Source: Dehalococcoidia bacterium (GTDB lineage: Bacteria; Chloroflexota; Dehalococcoidia; GIF9; AB-539-J10). Taken from it: a stretch of DNA of 64,000 nt. The notes beneath the pieces are model-generated. The model was not told the origin of the DNA. It made no database searches and saw only the letters and a program-made list of their open reading frames with translations. The stretch is taken from contig JAUWOR010000002.1 of NCBI GenBank assembly GCA_030612025.1, positions 32,001 through 96,000 of the forward strand. The letters are read 5' to 3'. Both the position numbers and the translations under genes were made by a program. Below, in pieces: positions 1 through 9,284 of the stretch; the first letter of the stretch is position 1, and every line of letters starts with the position of its first letter.

Positions 1-906
1 GTTGGTGTAGCCTCTGCATTATTAGTAATGAATAAAGTATTTGGTTTGCACCGCGCCGATTGGGAGCGTATTCCGGAAACCAGTAAACGCAAAACTATGG
101 ATTTCCAGCTTGCTTCCGATGGCAATGACTTCATATTAGTTGAAGCCAAAGGAACTGCTTTTGAGACCGGTAATTTGCATCGGGATGCAGATTTGGAGCG
201 ACATATTAAGGAAAAGAAAAAGGCTCATCTAGCGGAAAATGCCAACCTTACATCACTTTTTGGTGTCATCACAGGTATTCCTTGCGAATTAGAGAAAACT
301 GCTCAATGTCTATTGTTAGACCCTCTTTTTGAGAATATCAGAATGGACGCGGCAAAATATCAGCTATTAGCTCGCTTATATTTCTATTCTCGGATACTGA
401 GAGTAATTTCACGTGGTCAGTTGGTCAGGGCACTTCTTAATCGCATTGCTGTTTTAAAAAGAGCCAGCAACTATACTGAATTCGACAAGCTCCCATTAGT
501 AGACATATACGGAGAGCCAATAGCCCCACCGCCTGAGAATACTTCATCAATATGGAACAAGACCGTCGTAAAAGATAAGATAATTGGGCAAATGTTCCCT
601 GTGAGTAAAACTGATTTTGTCTATTATGCACTTGATATGGACATATATCGTCTAATGGTGGAGCAGAATTTTGAGGCTATCCGCAAGTTCAGCTCAACGC
701 TAGACGAGCAGTTTATTGAGAATGTAACCTATGATAATGCGATAGTTGACGTTCGAGATTTGCAGGAATATGGCATTCCTTATGAATCATTTGAGAAATT
801 TGACGAAGCAAACAAAGTCATTATCGCTCTTACTGGCAGTGTAAATTATAGTCTGTCAGGGCAAGTGATTGGTTTTTTTAGGTTGCCAGAGAGGACATTG
901 CCATAA
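1..906 (+). CDS. Hypothetical protein with PD-(D/E)XK nuclease-like motif, 5'-truncated by the window edge
   Basis: Frame is open from base 1 (VGVASALLV before the ATG at 28). MDFQLASDGNDFILVEAKG fits a D...ExK restriction-endonuclease-like motif. Confidence 0.55.
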   Translation, partial: VGVASALLVMNKVFGLHRADWERIPETSKRKTMDFQLASDGNDFILVEAKGTAFETGNLHRDADLERHIKEKKKAHLAENANLTSLFGVITGIPCELEKTAQCLLLDPLFENIRMDAAKYQLLARLYFYSRILRVISRGQLVRALLNRIAVLKRASNYTEFDKLPLVDIYGEPIAPPPENTSSIWNKTVVKDKIIGQMFPVSKTDFVYYALDMDIYRLMVEQNFEAIRKFSSTLDEQFIENVTYDNAIVDVRDLQEYGIPYESFEKFDEANKVIIALTGSVNYSLSGQVIGFFRLPERTLP

Positions 907-953
907 ATATTGGCGTTTTATTATGTTTTTCTTTGAAGTCGTAATTCTTGTTT

Positions 954-1031
954 GCCCAGACTGACTAGATGGTTTATAAGCTGTATGGGCTAACGCCGGA
1001 AGAGATTGCGGTAGAGGGTAAGTTGAAATAG
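954..1031 (+). repeat. Degenerate repeat copy 1 encoding a type IIG R-M/methyltransferase C-terminal tail (AQTD*MVYKLYGLTPEEIAVEGKLK*)
   Basis: Translated by hand. Matches the IDxxVYxLYGLTxEEIxxVE terminal motif and aligns with 1634-1717. Has an internal TAG at 966-968. Confidence 0.75.
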
Positions 1032-1057
1032 ACAATACATAAAAGATAGGAGGAGCT

Positions 1058-1624
1058 ATGCGTTATCTAAATAACTCAGAACTATCCCAGTTCCACGACG
1101 CTTTGTTGAAAATGTTCCAAAAGCACGCCACCAATGTAGGTAAAAAGGATTGGGGACATCCGCACGGGATAGACTATTGTGACACCTACTCATTCAATAC
1201 TAAATATGGTACTTTGCGTATAGGTCACGAAGATTACGTACAGGAGGAGCGCTGGTGGATACCGATAGAGTTGAAAAAACAAGTTCCCAGTGATCAATTG
1301 TCAATCGCCTTTGAAATGAACATACCAAAAACAAGGAATATGCGTCTTGCAGTTCACTACGCAATTGACGAGAATAATATCGTCCATATACTTCATAAAG
1401 GGAAATTCACGGTTGGGCATGGCAGTGTGAGTATGTCCGAGTTTTTTAATTACTACCGAAAAATTCCTAGCAAATGGCAACTCATCAATTTTTACAGCTA
1501 TGACTATTTGGAGCTTGGGAGAGTTAACCTGATTTTAACCGATACCGAGTTCGTCCAATTGCTTGACTCGCTGGCTGAATTTGCTAGATACATCCCAAAA
1601 TTTAAGAGCATTTATAGGGAATGA
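1058..1624 (+). CDS. Hypothetical protein (188 aa)
   Basis: Strong RBS (aggagg) before the ATG; AT-rich ORF with no recognised family. Confidence 0.75.
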   Translation: MRYLNNSELSQFHDALLKMFQKHATNVGKKDWGHPHGIDYCDTYSFNTKYGTLRIGHEDYVQEERWWIPIELKKQVPSDQLSIAFEMNIPKTRNMRLAVHYAIDENNIVHILHKGKFTVGHGSVSMSEFFNYYRKIPSKWQLINFYSYDYLELGRVNLILTDTEFVQLLDSLAEFARYIPKFKSIYRE

Positions 1625-1633
1625 AATAAAAAC

Positions 1634-1717
1634 GAACGCCAAATTGACCAGATGGTTTATCAGCTCTACGACTTCACGGCCGAGGAGATTGCGGTGGTGG
1701 AGGGCATGAATAAATAG
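1634..1717 (+). repeat. Degenerate repeat copy 2 encoding a type IIG R-M/methyltransferase C-terminal tail (ERQIDQMVYQLYDFTAEEIAVVEGMNK*)
   Basis: Translated by hand. Shares gac-ag-atggtttat-agct...gagattgcggt...gaggg with 954-1031. Begins 9 bp after the stop of 1058..1624. Confidence 0.75.
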
Positions 1718-2066
1718 TAGATTCCCTCCGTTAGTGAAGGGCAGTAATTAATTCGAATTTGCGTAATCCGATAGCTTGAGATGCCTGGCCAAGGGCTTAA
1801 ACTCATCTGCAAATGAAGCATTGTCCCAGTAGTACAAAGCTATAGTCAGAGATTACTACGATACCTGGTGCTTTCTTGACACCTTACTGCACTTTTTAGC
1901 GCTCTGTGCAATCTACCGAAGAACGCCTTTGGAAGAGAATCCCACCGGCAAGCTAATCTGATCTCGTTCAGATAGATAGAGGACACTTTAAAGTATAAGG
2001 ACATCTTCTGCTCTAAACTTGGAACAGGTCCTCGCAGCTCTTTGTGTCCTTACGAACCTCCCCTAT

Positions 2067-2212
2067 TGTCATTGCGAGCCAAAGGCGCAGCAGTCCGTTC
2101 CTGAGATTGCTTCGTCGATTAGCTTCCTCGCAATGACAGGAAGGAGTGATTGGGGACGAGCCCCAACCCTACGAGATTGCTTCGTCGCTTACGCTCCTCG
2201 CAATGACAGGAA
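2067..2212. repeat. REP/RPE-like palindromic element cluster (GTCATTGCGAG...GAGATTGCTTCGTCG...CTCGCAATGAC)
   Basis: tgtcattgcgag at 2067 is inverted relative to ctcgcaatgaca, which occurs twice. Near-identical direct copies at 2103-2142 and 2173-2212. Confidence 0.8.
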
Positions 2213-2321
2213 AGGCAGCAATGATAAGAAAGGAAGTTATGTGTCACTGATTATACTAATGAGTACACTCCCTTGCTGTGTAGAAGCTATCAGCGTAAAA
2301 TCTGCTTATAGGGGGTAAAAA

Positions 2322-2840
2322 TTGAAGCAAGTGAAGCTAGAGGAACTTCCTAAGGAGACCTTGATAGAATTAGCCAGAATGTATGCTCGAAACTGGCAAA
2401 CCTTAGACGGGCTGTGGTTTCGAAACGTTGAAGCCCAATACGGGCTTGAAGCAGCGGTCAAGCTAGATTTAAAGAATTGGGAAAGGCAATCCGTGGTAGA
2501 AGCAGAAAGGATTAAGAAAATACTTAACTTAACCAAGGGTGGGCTTCCCTCTGTTCTCAAAGTTTTAAGTCTTATGAGCTGGCAACTTGTCTCCCCAATC
2601 TTTGACCTTGAGGAGGAAAGTCCCCAGAAAATCGTCTTTTATTACCCTCGCTGCCCCGTTCAGGAAGGCAGGAAGAGGCAGGGTAAACAGGAATTTCCTT
2701 GCAAGACCATGAAACTAACCCTCCTATCCAATCTCGCCAAGGTAGTTGAACCCAAGGCAGCAGTGAAATGCCTTATATGCCCCCCCGACCCTCACCCTGA
2801 CAAGTTCTGGTGCAAATGGGAACTTACTATGAAGGAATAA
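2322..2840 (+). CDS. DUF6125 family protein
   Basis: DGLWF motif, CPVQEGRKRQG...FPCK, and CPPDPHPDKFWCKWE C-terminus. Confidence 0.7.
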   Translation: MKQVKLEELPKETLIELARMYARNWQTLDGLWFRNVEAQYGLEAAVKLDLKNWERQSVVEAERIKKILNLTKGGLPSVLKVLSLMSWQLVSPIFDLEEESPQKIVFYYPRCPVQEGRKRQGKQEFPCKTMKLTLLSNLAKVVEPKAAVKCLICPPDPHPDKFWCKWELTMKE

Positions 2841-2981
2841 AAACGTATTTGACAGGAGTAGTGTGCAGTTGTATTTTAATTTGTGTAATTGTAATAGAAA
2901 TCTGTGTCTCTCTATTGGCACTTAGCGCTAGCTAGAAGCCTGGAATGTGATGCGATATGTCTATATCAATGCGGGGTGAAG

Positions 2982-4628
2982 ATGCCTAAAAGAAAGGAGC
3001 CAGCAATTTATCGAACCACCGGACCCGCAGGCTTTGACTTAAGCCTGCAGGACATTATGGAAGGCTTAGAGGACGAACTTCTGGTCGTCGACAGTGAATA
3101 CCGGGTCAAGTCCGCCAATTCAGCCATACGACACAAGTTGCCTGAGAGCACTGAGTCACCTATTGGTAGGCACTGCTATGAGGTCTTCCATGGCAGAGAC
3201 AAACCCTGCAGCGCCCCCTTATGGGAATGCCCACTCAGAAAAGTGCTGCAAAGCAGCAGCCCAGCAACAATTATTCATCCTGACCGCAATAAGTATATCA
3301 AGGTCACCATGTGGCCGCTAAAAAACAGCCATGGCAGGATCAAGGCAGTGTTTGAGTTGAGGAAAGATATTACCGCAGAAAGAGAACTAGAGAAGGAGAT
3401 TTTGAGACGACACCACCATCTTGATGCCTTGAGTCGCATTTCCTGTGCCGTAAGTGGGTTAACGAACTTAGATGCTATCTTGAATACAGCGTTGGACATT
3501 GTGCTACAGATCTTTGCTGGTAGTGTGGGAGGAATCCTGCTTTTTGATGAACAAATCCAAAAGCTATGTTATAAAGTGCACCGCGGCCTCTCTGCCAAAT
3601 ACGCTGGAGAGATGTGCATTACCATGAACAAGGGGATAGCAGGAAAGGTGGCTCAAACGGGTGAGCCTATTTTGGTAGAAGATATCTCTAAAGACCCAGA
3701 TGCTGCTCGCCCTGATTTGATAACCACAGAAGGTCTTAAAGGATTTGTCAGCGTTCCTCTAAAAGCAAAGGATAAGATTATGGGGGTGATGAATGTCGCC
3801 AGCTATCTACCTGGTCAATTTAGCCCAGACGACATGTACCTCCTGAACTCCATCGGCTACCAGCTAGGCATAGCAATCGAGCAGGCAAAGCTATATAAAA
3901 CGATAGATGATGCCCGAGAAAGATACCAGATATTGCTGAGACAGGCACTCACTATCCAAGAAGAGGAGCGAAAAAGAGTTGCTAGAGAGCTACATGATGA
4001 AACTGGTCAAGAGCTCACTGCCTTGTCGCTTAACCTGCAGGCGCTGACTGAAATGCTGGGAATGAGCGCCGTTCCGGAAGCTGAATTTAACGAGTTGCTT
4101 GAAAAGACTCATTCTATAGCAGTTCGTGCCGGCGCTGAGTTAACCAAACTTATAAGGGAACTCCGCCCTACCTTATTAGACACATTGGGGCTACCTGCTG
4201 CTATTCGTCACCTTGCTGAGACTGCTCTCAGTTCTCAAGGCATTAACGTCTCAACAGAGTTCAAAGGGATGGAGCAGAGGTTGCCAGCGGAAATTGAATT
4301 GGCGCTTTTCCGCATTGCTCAGGAGGCTATTAGTAATGTTGTGAGGCATTCGGAGGCAAAAAATGCCTCTATTCGTGTCGAATGCAATGCCAATAAATGT
4401 GTTTTACAGGTTGGGGATGATGGCAAGGGATTTGATGTTAGCAAGATCACTAGCATCGATCAGACTGGCCGTGGCGCTGGCCTATTCGGTATGAAAGAAA
4501 GGGTAACACTCGTAGGTGGCGAGTGTGCTTATGATTCCCAGCCTGGACAGGGGACTAAAGTTATCGCCAAGGTTCCCATAATCAGGGGCACAGCCAATGC
4601 AGAAGATAAGAATGTTGGTAGTGGATGA
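2982..4628 (+). CDS. PAS/GAF sensor histidine kinase (HisKA_3, NarX/UhpB type)
   Basis: PAS region with CYEVFHGRDKPC, a GAF domain, H-box EERKRVARELHDETGQ, and HATPase motifs DDGKGF/GLFGMKERV. Start moved to ATG 2982. Confidence 0.9.
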   Translation: MPKRKEPAIYRTTGPAGFDLSLQDIMEGLEDELLVVDSEYRVKSANSAIRHKLPESTESPIGRHCYEVFHGRDKPCSAPLWECPLRKVLQSSSPATIIHPDRNKYIKVTMWPLKNSHGRIKAVFELRKDITAERELEKEILRRHHHLDALSRISCAVSGLTNLDAILNTALDIVLQIFAGSVGGILLFDEQIQKLCYKVHRGLSAKYAGEMCITMNKGIAGKVAQTGEPILVEDISKDPDAARPDLITTEGLKGFVSVPLKAKDKIMGVMNVASYLPGQFSPDDMYLLNSIGYQLGIAIEQAKLYKTIDDARERYQILLRQALTIQEEERKRVARELHDETGQELTALSLNLQALTEMLGMSAVPEAEFNELLEKTHSIAVRAGAELTKLIRELRPTLLDTLGLPAAIRHLAETALSSQGINVSTEFKGMEQRLPAEIELALFRIAQEAISNVVRHSEAKNASIRVECNANKCVLQVGDDGKGFDVSKITSIDQTGRGAGLFGMKERVTLVGGECAYDSQPGQGTKVIAKVPIIRGTANAEDKNVGSG

Positions 4629-5250
4629 CCACACCATTGTGCGGGATGGCATCTGCGCCTTGCTAGCTTTGGCTGCAGATATAGAGGTAGTTGGTGAAGC
4701 AGAAAATGGCAGGGAAGCAGTGGAGAAAGTAAAACAGCTTGCCCCTGATGTGGTGCTTATGGACATAGTTATGCCCATTATGGATGGCTTGGAGGCGACA
4801 CGTAGAATACGTAAGGAATTCCCAGAAACAAAGGTGCTGGTGCTGACCCAATACGATGAGGAGGAGTACATCTTCTCCATTATCGAGGCAGGAGCCAAGG
4901 GCTTCATTAGTAAGACAGCAGCATCCTCAGAGCTTGCCTCAGGTATTCGGGCTGTTCACCATGGCGCTTCCTTCCTTTCCCCCACTGCGGCTAAGGTTTT
5001 CGTTGAGGACTTCCAGCTGGGAGCTTCTATGCGGGGAAAACAAGACCCTTATCATCAACTGACAAACAGGGAAAGAGAGGTGCTCAAGCTGGTTGCTGAA
5101 GCATATACCACCAGGGAAATAGCCGACATATTAGCAGTCAGCCCCAAAACTGTAGAAGGACATAAGACCAATCTAATGGATAAACTGGATATCCACAACA
5201 AGACTGACCTTATTAAGTATGCCATACGCAAAGGCATTATAACTGTGTGA
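4597..5250 (+). CDS. NarL/LuxR family response regulator
   Basis: REC domain (VVDDH, DVVLMD) plus LuxR HTH (LTNREREVLKLVAE...TVEGHKTNLMDKL). Confidence 0.93.
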   Translation: MQKIRMLVVDDHTIVRDGICALLALAADIEVVGEAENGREAVEKVKQLAPDVVLMDIVMPIMDGLEATRRIRKEFPETKVLVLTQYDEEEYIFSIIEAGAKGFISKTAASSELASGIRAVHHGASFLSPTAAKVFVEDFQLGASMRGKQDPYHQLTNREREVLKLVAEAYTTREIADILAVSPKTVEGHKTNLMDKLDIHNKTDLIKYAIRKGIITV

Positions 5251-5354
5251 CAGCATGGGCAAAATTTGCCCTTCTCCAACCTCTATTATCCCTTTCTTAG
5301 CATCTCAGATTGCTTAGCAATCCTACTTGTCATTCTGGGCATCCCTCGCTTTGA

Positions 5355-5432
5355 TTGGGTTTTACACCAAAAACAGGGTTAAATCCCACAGAATTCAAGA
5401 GTTAAAACCATACATATTGAGGGAAATCCCTC
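5355..5432 (+). promoter_or_regulatory. Candidate tandem response-regulator binding boxes upstream of the metVF operon
   Basis: Four GGG/GAG-(A/T-rich)-CC(C) boxes spaced about 20 bp apart, the last a near-perfect palindrome gagggaaatccctc (5419-5432). Lies directly after the NarL-type regulator. Confidence 0.35.
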
Positions 5433-5511
5433 TTTTGTTTCACCCTATCTCGAATTACCATATAGCTAAAGATTAAAAGAGGCAGAGTTATGTTTATGAA
5501 GGGAGAAACTA

Positions 5512-7638
5512 ATGTATCCAGCGGGCATTAGTGCCTTTAGAAATTACGACAGCGCTGCTGCTAAAGAAGCTTCCTCGGACCACACCTTTATGCCACCTTG
5601 CCAGGCTGCTTGTCCCTTGCATATGGAGATTAGAGAATACGTTGATTTGATTGCCCAAGGGCGGGTGATGGAGGCATTACAGGTCATAAGGGAAAGCAAT
5701 CCCTTCCCCTCCATCTGTGCTTATGTGTGCACCCACCCTTGTGAAGAGGTTTGCCGACGTGGCCAGGTAGACAAGCCCATTGCTATCAGGGCACTGAAAA
5801 GATTCGCAGTAGAATTTGGCGGCGATAGAATGATCCAGCTTGAAGCTGAGACGACGCACGAGGAGAAGGTAGCCATAGTGGGATCTGGCCCGGCAGGATT
5901 GTCTGCTGCTTACTACCTAAGGAAGCTAGGCTATCCCGTAACTATTTTTGAGGCCTGCTCTGAATTGGGAGGCATGCTGCGAGTGGGTATTCCCAAATAT
6001 CGCCTTCCCCGAGAGATACTCGATACCGAGGTTCAAAGGTTGATTCAAATGGGGATTGAAATTAGGACGAATACGCCAGTGATTTCCTTAGACCTGCTGT
6101 TCAAGATGGGTTATAAAGCCATCTTTGTCACCGTGGGTGCTCATCAAGGCCTTAGGCTGGGAATAGAAGGAGAGGAAAACCCAGGAGTGGTGGATGGAGC
6201 AACTTTCCTCCGCGAGGTGAACCTAGGACTTAAACCATCTATCGGCGAAAGGGTTGCTATAGTAGGAGGCGGCAATGTAGCTGTTGATGCTGCTCGCACG
6301 GCACTTCGATTGGGCGCAAGGGAGGTAAAAATCCTCTACCGCCGCAGTCGAGAAGAAATGCCAGCGGACCCCTCGGAAGTAGCGCAAGCAATAGAGGAAA
6401 AAGTGGAGGTTCTATTCTTAATGACACCAACTAAGATAGAAAGAGAGGATGGACAGTTAGGACTAACTTGCATGCGCATGAAGCTTGGCGAGCCGGATGT
6501 TAGCGGCAGACGTCGGCCAGTGCCCATCCAAGGCAGTGAGTTCAGCATAAAAGTTGACACCTTAATTACTGCTATTGGCCAGGCACCACAAATCCCCGAT
6601 AATTTCCGTCTCCGCATAGGCAGAGGCAGCACTATTCGAGTCGATCCCGTCACTCTCACCACCAATCGGGAAGGTGTTTTCGCTGGAGGCGATGCCGTCA
6701 CTGGACCAGCAACCGTAGTCCAAGCGTTGGCAACTGGGAGACAATCAGCTTTCCGCATTAACGAATATCTCCAGCACAGATATCCATTAGTGAGCAAAGA
6801 CGAAGGGGAAACCTTGACAGGTGACCTCCTCCCCAAAACCATCGAGATGATAAGAAAGCTCAAGCGCTTTGAGCCACCTATCCTTTCTCCCCAAGAAAGG
6901 GCAAAAGAGTTCGAGCCAGTAGAACTTGTTTATGACTGGGAAAGCGCTATCAATGAAGCTAGAAGATGCCTGCGCTGCGGTATGGGCGCTGAGATCTTGT
7001 TTCAAGATAAATGTGCTACCTGTCTCACCTGTTTACGGATTTGTCCTTATCATGTGCCCTACTTGGATGACAGCGGCACAGTCCAAATACCTGCTGACCA
7101 GTGCCAAGCCTGCGGCATATGTGTTGCCGAATGTCCTGCTAAGGCTATAGTTTTGCGCAAGCCACAGGATCGCCGACATATAGATGAGGAGCTTAACCAT
7201 GCCCTTAAATCTGCGGCACAATCGAAGTCAAAGCCCTTGATTTTCGGCTTCTGCTGCCAATACGGGCTTTACGGCACTGGCGCTCTGGCGAGTTTGTGGA
7301 GGGAGGCCAAAGCGGGCATTTGGATAGTGCCTGTCCTATGTGTAGCCAAAATAGAAACTGAGCACATTCTGCGTGCCTTTGAAATGGGTGCTGAGGGTGT
7401 TTTTATCGCCGGATGCGGGCAAGAGCAGTGCGCCAGGGAGGATACTGCCTTCTGGGCTCTACAGCGGATTGAAAAGGCCAGAAGGATACTTCGTCAAATT
7501 GGCTTTGAATCGCAACGCTTGCAAGCTTTCAACCTGCATGCCAATGAAGAGAATCTTGCCAATGCCTTAGATGAATTCACTGAACAAATAGGAGAGCTCT
7601 ACCTAGCTTCAGCAATAAGACAGGAGGTGAAAACTTGA
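5512..7638 (+). CDS. FAD/NAD(P)-dependent oxidoreductase (GltD/NfnB-like) fused to 2x[4Fe-4S] ferredoxin and MvhD/FlpD domains
   Basis: PPCQAACP...CTHPCEEVCRRG, GSGPAGL, GGGNVAVD and GGDAVTGP motifs; CATCLTCLRICP and CQACGICVAECP; C-terminal FGFCC...VLCVAKI...GVFIAGC (MvhD-like). Confidence 0.85.
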   Translation: MYPAGISAFRNYDSAAAKEASSDHTFMPPCQAACPLHMEIREYVDLIAQGRVMEALQVIRESNPFPSICAYVCTHPCEEVCRRGQVDKPIAIRALKRFAVEFGGDRMIQLEAETTHEEKVAIVGSGPAGLSAAYYLRKLGYPVTIFEACSELGGMLRVGIPKYRLPREILDTEVQRLIQMGIEIRTNTPVISLDLLFKMGYKAIFVTVGAHQGLRLGIEGEENPGVVDGATFLREVNLGLKPSIGERVAIVGGGNVAVDAARTALRLGAREVKILYRRSREEMPADPSEVAQAIEEKVEVLFLMTPTKIEREDGQLGLTCMRMKLGEPDVSGRRRPVPIQGSEFSIKVDTLITAIGQAPQIPDNFRLRIGRGSTIRVDPVTLTTNREGVFAGGDAVTGPATVVQALATGRQSAFRINEYLQHRYPLVSKDEGETLTGDLLPKTIEMIRKLKRFEPPILSPQERAKEFEPVELVYDWESAINEARRCLRCGMGAEILFQDKCATCLTCLRICPYHVPYLDDSGTVQIPADQCQACGICVAECPAKAIVLRKPQDRRHIDEELNHALKSAAQSKSKPLIFGFCCQYGLYGTGALASLWREAKAGIWIVPVLCVAKIETEHILRAFEMGAEGVFIAGCGQEQCAREDTAFWALQRIEKARRILRQIGFESQRLQAFNLHANEENLANALDEFTEQIGELYLASAIRQEVKT

Positions 7639-8318
7639 TAGTCGCAGAGCAAAAGCCATTGGATGAAATAAGACGTATGATTGCCCCTTACGAGAAGATA
7701 TTAATACTTGGCTGTGGCACTTGTATGACGGTGTGTAATGCTGGTGGCGAGAAAGAGGTCTCTGTGCTCCATAGTGCATTGAGGGTGGCTCAGGCTAGAG
7801 ATGGTGATGAAACTCACAGTTTCCTGGAATATACAGTGAAACGGCAGTGCGAATTTGAATTCTTAGACATGCTCGTAGACAAAGTCAAGGAAATGGATGC
7901 CATTCTTTCGTTAGGCTGTGGGGTTGGGGTACAGGTGCTAGCCGAGCGCTTCTCAGATACACCCATTTTGCCCGGCGTAAACACGTCTTTTATGGGTGCG
8001 TCTAAGGAGTGGGGTGTTTGGGATGAGCGATGTGCTGCCTGCGGTGATTGCAGACTGGCCGAGACTGCTGGCATCTGCCCCATTACTAGATGCGCCAAGG
8101 GCATACTTAATGGTCCCTGTGCTGGTAGCAAGAACGGTAAATGCGAGGTGAATAAGGATACGGACTGCGCCTGGATACTGATTTATGAGCGCCTGGAGAG
8201 ACTAGGGCAACTGGAGAAAATGCGCCGATATTATCCCCCCAGGAACTTTCGCACCATCCCCAGGCCAAGGAGGCTCGTGAGCAAAGCTGATATTGATCTC
8301 GGAGGGAACGATGGCTAA
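7635..8318 (+). CDS. metV: Methylenetetrahydrofolate reductase Fe-S/zinc-finger subunit MetV
   Basis: GCGTCMTVC and CAACGDC...GICPITRCAKGILNGPCAG...CEV...CAW (MTHFR C-terminal/MetV motif); adjacent to metF. Confidence 0.88.
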   Translation: MIVAEQKPLDEIRRMIAPYEKILILGCGTCMTVCNAGGEKEVSVLHSALRVAQARDGDETHSFLEYTVKRQCEFEFLDMLVDKVKEMDAILSLGCGVGVQVLAERFSDTPILPGVNTSFMGASKEWGVWDERCAACGDCRLAETAGICPITRCAKGILNGPCAGSKNGKCEVNKDTDCAWILIYERLERLGQLEKMRRYYPPRNFRTIPRPRRLVSKADIDLGGNDG

Positions 8319-9210
8319 ATCGCTGTTTGAGGAGAAACTCAATTCCGGCAAGTTTTTGGTCACCACGGAGATCGGACCTCCCAAAGGAGCAGATACCTCA
8401 GAGATAGTTCACCATATAGAGCTACTTAAGGATAAGGTTGATGCTATTAATGTCACCGACCATCAAAGTTCTGTGATGAGGTTTCCCTCTTTGGGTGGTT
8501 GTCTATTAATCAAGGAACACGGCGGAGAGCCTATTCTCCAGATGACCACCCGTGACCGCAATCGCCTGGCGCTTCAAGCAGACCTACTTTTGGCATATTC
8601 TCGGGGCATCAGGAATGTGCTTTGCCTCACCGGCGATGCTATTGAAGTTGGGGATCATAAGGAAGCAAAACCAGTATTTGACCTGGATTCCGTGCAATTA
8701 ATAAGAATGGTCAGGACAATGGAATCAGGGAAGGATCTGGCTGGGCATGATCTTAAGGGCGCCCCAGAATTTTGCCTTGGCGCTTCGGTTCATCCGGCGG
8801 CAGATTTCATTGAGCCACAACTTATCAAATTTGACAAAAAAGTGGCTGCCGGGACGCAATTCTTCCAGACCCAGGGTATATATGACTTGGATTGTCTCCG
8901 CAGATTTATGCAGTATGCCCGCCAGTTCAACGTCAAAATTCTGGCAGGCATTATAGTCCTGGCTTCAGCAAGAATGGCTCGGTATATGAACGATAATGTT
9001 CCTGGGATAATGGTCCCCAATGCCACAATTGACGAACTAGCCAGTGTGGAGAAAGGCAAGGGACTTCAGAAGGGCATTGAAATTGCTGTGCAGTTGATAA
9101 AGACGATAAAGGAGGAAAACCTGTGCCATGGGGTTCATATTATGGCAGTAGGGAGGGAAAGCATCGTGCCTGATATCTTAGAGGCAGTAGGGGTCGGTGT
9201 GCCCGCTTAG
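8311..9210 (+). CDS. metF: Methylenetetrahydrofolate reductase
   Basis: EIGPPKG, INVTD, QMTTRDRNRLALQ, LTGD, FFQTQ and GVHIM motifs. RBS ggaggg before ATG 8311. Confidence 0.92.
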   Translation: MAKSLFEEKLNSGKFLVTTEIGPPKGADTSEIVHHIELLKDKVDAINVTDHQSSVMRFPSLGGCLLIKEHGGEPILQMTTRDRNRLALQADLLLAYSRGIRNVLCLTGDAIEVGDHKEAKPVFDLDSVQLIRMVRTMESGKDLAGHDLKGAPEFCLGASVHPAADFIEPQLIKFDKKVAAGTQFFQTQGIYDLDCLRRFMQYARQFNVKILAGIIVLASARMARYMNDNVPGIMVPNATIDELASVEKGKGLQKGIEIAVQLIKTIKEENLCHGVHIMAVGRESIVPDILEAVGVGVPA

Positions 9211-9284
9211 GTTTTACTAAAGATAGCCCGCGGGTCGAGCGAGCTAATAAAATCTAATAAAGGAGAGCAAGGAGGGGAGACAAA

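Noticed and set aside
954-1717. CRISPR array or integron attC interpretation of the repeats
   Set aside because: Only two degenerate copies about 680 bp apart, with divergence concentrated at codon third positions and no attC-like palindrome, cas gene or integrase in view.
1720-2060. Possible ncRNA or gene remnant in the intergenic stretch
   Set aside because: No recognisable motif, third tail repeat, tRNA fold or convincing reading frame.
2019-2318. 99-aa ORF
   Set aside because: Largely a translation of the palindromic repeats (CHCEP..., RDCFVAYAPRND); no RBS or family motif.
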